The position numbers and the translations under genes were made by a program. The notes under the pieces were generated by a model. It made no database searches, was not told the DNA's origin, and was given only the letters and a program-made list of their open reading frames with translations. A stretch of DNA of 64,000 nt from Acidobacteriota bacterium (GTDB lineage Bacteria > Acidobacteriota > Thermoanaerobaculia > Multivoradales > UBA5704), in contig JBDTZG010000016.1 in the NCBI GenBank assembly GCA_040005235.1, positions 1-64,000 on the forward strand, written 5' to 3'. Shown in pieces: positions 59,614 through 64,000 of this stretch (within the stretch, counting starts at the first letter, position 1; every line of letters starts with the position of its first letter).

Positions 59614-62514
59614 ATGAATCTCCCCACCCTCGCTTCTCAGGTCGTCGAAGCCCTGGCTCCGGCGTTGCCGCTCCTGCTCGGCACGGCGGGAGCGATCGGT
59701 GGATCGGTGGCGAAGGAGATCGGAAAAGACGTCTGGGAGAAGGGGAAACAGATCTGGGGCCGCGTCGGCGGCACGATCGAAGCGAGCCCTGCGGCTAAGG
59801 AGATCGCACAGGAGCTGGCCGCTGATCCCGAGGACGCCGACCTCAAGAGGCAGCTGGCCGACCGGCTCGCGCGGCTGCTTGCAAAGGACGAGGCGCTCGC
59901 CACTACTCTCGCCGCTTGGGCCAGCGAGAGTGTCGTGGTGCAGAACCAGGGGTCCGGCCCTGCGGTAGCCGCCGCCACGAAGGGCATCGCGGCAGGTCAT
60001 GACCTCGTCAATATTCAGACGGTCAACGTCTATCTAACCACCATCAACCGCGAGCTTGCCGCCGTCGCTCCGGCGGTCGATCTGGAGCAGGGGATGCGGC
60101 GTTATCAGGCGTATCTCCTGTCGCGGCACACCCACCTCGAATTTCGCGGCATGGGCGTCGACCGCCTGGTGCTCAAGCTGCCGCTCACGGAAGTCTACGT
60201 GCCGGGCCGCGCGCGGGTGCGGGCTCCCGAGGGGGACTCGTGGACGCGAATCGCGGCACGCCTCCGGGGTCGCGAGCCGGGCGCTGAGGACGTCGAATCG
60301 ATGGGGGAGCGAGGTCGCCCGGCCGAGCTGCTCGATCTGTTGAAAGACAAGGCCGGGCTCGTACTGCTCGGCGATCCGGGGGCGGGCAAGTCGACGTTCT
60401 TGAAGTTCCTCGCGCTCAAGGCCGCGCGCGGTGAATCCGAAGAACTCGGTCTCGGCCTTCGGCTGCCGCTGCTCGCCCCGCTCGCGGCGTATGCCACGCG
60501 CCTTGGCGGGGAGCCGGGCTTGAATCTCCAGTCTTTCCTCGCCGAGCAGCTCGCCGAACAGGGGGTGCAGGTCAACGCCGCGCGCCTGCTCGCCGAGGGG
60601 CTCGGCAAGGGGCGAATGCTGATCCTGCTCGATGGCCTCGACGAGGTGGCGGACGAAAAGCTGCGCCACAAGGTAGCCGCGCGGGTGAAGGACTTCTTCT
60701 GCGCGGTCCAAGGGGACGGCAACAAACTGGTCGCGACCAGCCGGATCGTCGGCTATGCCGAGGCGCGGATCGAAGCGGAAGGCCTGGGCGAAGGCACGCT
60801 GGTCGATTTCGACGACGACGAGATCGAGGCGTTCGTGACCCGCTGGACCGCGGCGGTCGAACGCGCCGCGCGGGGCGAGGGCGATGCCGCGACCTTCGAC
60901 GCCGAGCGCGAACGCACGGGACTGCTGGCGGCGATTCGTCGCGACTCCGGCGTCGGGCGCTTGGCCGCAAATCCGCTCCTCCTCACCATTCTCGCCCTGA
61001 TGAAACGCCAGGGGGTGGAGCTGCCCGAGCGGCGGGCGGAGCTCTACTCAACCTACGTCCGCGTGCTGATCCACCAATGGAATCTCGCGCGTTCGCTCTC
61101 GGGCGAAGCGGTCGCCGGTCTCGACGTGGGCGAAACGCTTCGGGTTCTCGCCCCGCTCGCGCTCTGGATGCAGGAGACCTCCGGCGCGCGCGGCATGGTT
61201 ACGGAAGAGGCGTTGCAAGGGGAGCTGCGCCGCCTCTTTGCCGATGAGCCCGATCCGGCGCAGGCGGCGGCGCGCTTTCTATTCGACGTGCGGAAGGACA
61301 CCGCGCTCCTGATCGACCGCGGAGGCAAGACTTTCGGCTTCATCCACCTCACTTTCCAGGAGTACCTGGCGGCGGTCGCGCTGGTCCAAACCGCGCAGAT
61401 CGAGCTACCGCCGCTGGTCGAAGCGCTCGCGGCCCGAGTCGGCCAGCCGGAGTGGCTGGAAGTGATTCGTTTGGCCATTGGCGATCTCGCGCGCGATCGT
61501 CCCGAAGCCGCGGGGCGGATGAGCGAACAGATCCTCGAAAGCCGACCCGGTCCGCCGGGCGAGGCCGAGATCTTTGCCGGCCTCGCGGCGCTCGACATCG
61601 GCCGCAAGGGTCTCCCCGCCGCCTCGCGCGAACGCGCGGTCGGCGCGCTGCTCTCGACCCTGCGCGACGACGAGCGAGTGCCGGCCGGCATCCGCGCCCA
61701 GGCGGGCGAAGTGCTGGCGGATCTGGGCGACCCGCGCCCGGAGGTGACGACGCTCGCCGGAATGCAGTTCTGCCGGGTGCCGGCGGGTCCATTTCGGATG
61801 GGGAGCGAAGAGCGCGACGAGGATTCTTACTTGGACGAGCGGCCGCAGCACGATCTCGACCTTCCCGAGCCGTACGAAATCGGGCGCTTCCCGGTCACGG
61901 TTGCGCAGTTCGCGGAATACGTCGTGCGAAGCGGCAACCCTCCCGGCGATCCGGACGCTTTGCGCGGCGGGGTGAACACTCCCGTCGTCTGGGTGAGTTG
62001 GCACGGGGCGACCTCCTTCTGTCGCTGGCTCACCGAAACATGGCGGGAGGAAGGGAAGTTGAAGGCGGACGGGCAGGTGCGCCTGCCGTCGGAAGCGGAG
62101 TGGGAAAAAGCTGCGCGGGGCGGCTTGGTCAACAATCCGGCGCCGACGAGAAATTACCCCTGGGAGGGGGCCTTCGATCCGAACCGGGCTAATTGCAACG
62201 CCACGGAGATCGGGAGACTGAGCGCGGTGGGCTGCTTCCCCGGTGGGGCGAGCCCGCACGGAGTGGAGGAGCTGGCGGGGAATGTGTGGGAGTGGACCCG
62301 GAGCGTTCGGGCCGAGAAGTTCAGCTACCCCTACGTGCCTGGCGACGGTCGGGAGGACCTCGAATCTCCCCTTCAGGTGGTGTTGCGCGGTGGGGCGTTC
62401 CTCGATCGGCCGAGGGTCATCCGTTGTGCCGTTCGCGACTGGGGCGAACCTGACGGTCGCTACGACGGTGTCGGGTTTCGTATCGTGGTGTCCCCGTTCC
62501 TCTCTGGCCTCTGA
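59614..62514 (+). CDS. NLR-like protein: Bell/HeLo-like N-terminus, amyloid-like motif, NACHT NTPase, FGE-sulfatase (CLec) domain
   Basis: GDPGAGKST, LLDGLDE, NPLLLT and F.HLTFQEY; FGE motifs F.MGS, PVT..QF, RLPSEAEWEKAARG, GNVWEW, RGG.F and GFR; GGAGGAGG SD. Confidence 0.92.
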   Translation: MNLPTLASQVVEALAPALPLLLGTAGAIGGSVAKEIGKDVWEKGKQIWGRVGGTIEASPAAKEIAQELAADPEDADLKRQLADRLARLLAKDEALATTLAAWASESVVVQNQGSGPAVAAATKGIAAGHDLVNIQTVNVYLTTINRELAAVAPAVDLEQGMRRYQAYLLSRHTHLEFRGMGVDRLVLKLPLTEVYVPGRARVRAPEGDSWTRIAARLRGREPGAEDVESMGERGRPAELLDLLKDKAGLVLLGDPGAGKSTFLKFLALKAARGESEELGLGLRLPLLAPLAAYATRLGGEPGLNLQSFLAEQLAEQGVQVNAARLLAEGLGKGRMLILLDGLDEVADEKLRHKVAARVKDFFCAVQGDGNKLVATSRIVGYAEARIEAEGLGEGTLVDFDDDEIEAFVTRWTAAVERAARGEGDAATFDAERERTGLLAAIRRDSGVGRLAANPLLLTILALMKRQGVELPERRAELYSTYVRVLIHQWNLARSLSGEAVAGLDVGETLRVLAPLALWMQETSGARGMVTEEALQGELRRLFADEPDPAQAAARFLFDVRKDTALLIDRGGKTFGFIHLTFQEYLAAVALVQTAQIELPPLVEALAARVGQPEWLEVIRLAIGDLARDRPEAAGRMSEQILESRPGPPGEAEIFAGLAALDIGRKGLPAASRERAVGALLSTLRDDERVPAGIRAQAGEVLADLGDPRPEVTTLAGMQFCRVPAGPFRMGSEERDEDSYLDERPQHDLDLPEPYEIGRFPVTVAQFAEYVVRSGNPPGDPDALRGGVNTPVVWVSWHGATSFCRWLTETWREEGKLKADGQVRLPSEAEWEKAARGGLVNNPAPTRNYPWEGAFDPNRANCNATEIGRLSAVGCFPGGASPHGVEELAGNVWEWTRSVRAEKFSYPYVPGDGREDLESPLQVVLRGGAFLDRPRVIRCAVRDWGEPDGRYDGVGFRIVVSPFLSGL

Positions 62515-62536
62515 GCTCTGGGCCCTCTGTTCTCTG
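62502..62536 (+). repeat. Five CTCTG units spanning the stop codon
   Basis: CTCTG at 62502, 62509, 62516, 62525 and 62532. Confidence 0.8.
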
Positions 62537-62616
62537 GCGGGCACTTGCGGAAACCCCACCCGCCCTTCGACCTTGCTAAACTGAGCGCTCATCCTTGTTC
62601 AGGGAGCGCGGAGGCC

Positions 62617-64000
62617 GTGACGAAAAGAGCAGAGCCCGACGGGACCGACCTCGTACGCTCGGCGCTCGCGGCGCAGGGGTACTCGGAAGAAAAGATCGCG
62701 GAGATTCTCGCGGGTCTGGGTGGCGCGCATGCGAAGGCGGAAAGCCAGAGCGCCGTGTCGCAAGGGGGTGGCGCCGCCGCGACCGATCACGGCATCGCGG
62801 TCGGGGGTGACGTTCATGGCGGCATGACCGTGGTGCAACCCGGAGTCTCCGGCGCGCCGACCGGTAAGACTCTGGACGAGGCGTACCTCCGCTATCTCTG
62901 CGCCGAAGTGAGCCGGGTCACCCTGTCGCAGATCGATTCTTCGGTCGAAGGCGCCGATCCGCTCGCGAAGTTTGAGCTTCACGCGGTCTATACCGCTTTG
63001 CTGACCACGACTCCTCGCGGCAAGCCGGGACGCGAGATGCCTGCCCCATCGATGTTGGATCGTGGAGTGCGCTCCCTGTCCGCGCTCGAACTGCTCGACC
63101 TGCACCCGCGGTTGGTTCTACTCGGCGATCCGGGTTCGGGCAAGAGCACGTTCGTCCACTTTGTGGCGCTCTGTCAGGCGGGGGAGCGAGTCGGCGCCCC
63201 CTGGCCGGATCTCGGCGTGCTCACCGCCCCCGTTCCCGGGGAAGAGAAGGTACAGCCCTGGCGGCACGGCACGCTCGTGCCGGTGCGAGTGATCCTCCGT
63301 GACTTTGCGGTCGATGGCCTGCCGGCGCTCGGGGAGAAGGCAACGGCAGAGCACCTCTGGCAGTTCATCGCAGGCAGCCTCGCCGCGGTGGGGGTCGGCG
63401 ACTACGCGCCCCGGCTGCGAGATCGACTCCTTTCCGAAGGCGGGCTCGTGCTGCTCGACGGTCTGGATGAAGTCCCGGACGCTGCGGGCCGGCGGTTGCA
63501 GATCCGCGAAGCGGTGGAGAGCTTCTCAGGGTTGTACACCAAGTGTCGGGTTCTGGTGACCAGCCGGATCTATTCGTACCGCAGCCAGGGTTGGCGCCTT
63601 ACAGGCTTCGAGGAAGCGGAGCTGGCGCCCTTTTCCGACGCGCAGATCGAGCGCTTCGTGAAGGATTGGTACGCCCACGCGGCGAGCCGCGGGCGCGGCA
63701 GCGCGGAGGATGCGGAGGGCCAGGCGCGCTTGTTGGTCCAAGAGATCGAAGGAAACCCCCGCCTGCGCGGTTTCGCGGAGCGACCACTATTGCTGACGTT
63801 GATGGCGAGCCTGGCGCGGGCGCGCGGCCGGGGCTTACCGGATCGGCGGGCGAAACTCTACGAGCAGGTGGTCGAGCTGCTACTGGACCTGTGGGAATGC
63901 GTTCGCTATCAGAAGGACAAGGAGGGAAAATACCGCCTCGTCCAGCCCAGCCTTTCCGATTGGTTGAAGACCGACCGTAGCGCCGTGCGGGAAGTGCTCG
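62617..64000 (+). CDS. Second NACHT NTPase protein (runs off the window)
   Basis: Manual translation from GTG after GGAGG: MTKRAEPDG...GIAVGGDVHGGMTVVQ...LLGDPGSGKSTF...LLDGLDEVP...VTSR...RPLLLTLMA. Confidence 0.9.
   Translation, partial: MTKRAEPDGTDLVRSALAAQGYSEEKIAEILAGLGGAHAKAESQSAVSQGGGAAATDHGIAVGGDVHGGMTVVQPGVSGAPTGKTLDEAYLRYLCAEVSRVTLSQIDSSVEGADPLAKFELHAVYTALLTTTPRGKPGREMPAPSMLDRGVRSLSALELLDLHPRLVLLGDPGSGKSTFVHFVALCQAGERVGAPWPDLGVLTAPVPGEEKVQPWRHGTLVPVRVILRDFAVDGLPALGEKATAEHLWQFIAGSLAAVGVGDYAPRLRDRLLSEGGLVLLDGLDEVPDAAGRRLQIREAVESFSGLYTKCRVLVTSRIYSYRSQGWRLTGFEEAELAPFSDAQIERFVKDWYAHAASRGRGSAEDAEGQARLLVQEIEGNPRLRGFAERPLLLTLMASLARARGRGLPDRRAKLYEQVVELLLDLWECVRYQKDKEGKYRLVQPSLSDWLKTDRSAVREVL

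Noticed and set aside
61760-62514. Active formylglycine-generating enzyme
   Set aside because: The catalytic Cys pair after RGGS is absent and the domain is fused to a NACHT NTPase

Overview
High-GC bacterial chromosomal window. Gene content and style suggest Acidobacteriota, possibly Thermoanaerobaculia (inference only). All family calls come from motifs read by eye; no database searches were run. Housekeeping and transport genes include tag, nuoB/CD/I, the kdp operon with a split, sigma-54-type regulatory system, corA, fbaB, a MoxR/DUF58 operon and mosAB-like genes. These are interspersed with toxin-antitoxin and defence-like genes (MNT-HEPN, HicBA, Rpn, a 1249-aa orphan), REP-like palindromes and a 42-bp tandem repeat. 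Most interesting: (1) two tandem NACHT/NLR-like genes at the right end share an amyloid-like N-terminal motif; the first has a Bell/HeLo-like N-terminus and a C-terminal FGE/CLec domain whose last ~40 codons look like a DGR variable region, followed by a CTCTG repeat tract; (2) a receiver domain-LpxC fusion; (3) a KdpD sensor-USP-PTS EIIA fusion with a complete sigma-54 promoter (UAS pair plus IHF site); (4) an orphan Cys/Thr-rich RiPP precursor; (5) a multicopper oxidase with an inserted MVL-type lectin module, upstream of a methyltransferase-mosB-mosA-ABC operon; (6) a divergent HMG-CoA reductase homolog coupled to a CrtI-like oxidoreductase; (7) pervasive leaderless-type gene starts.
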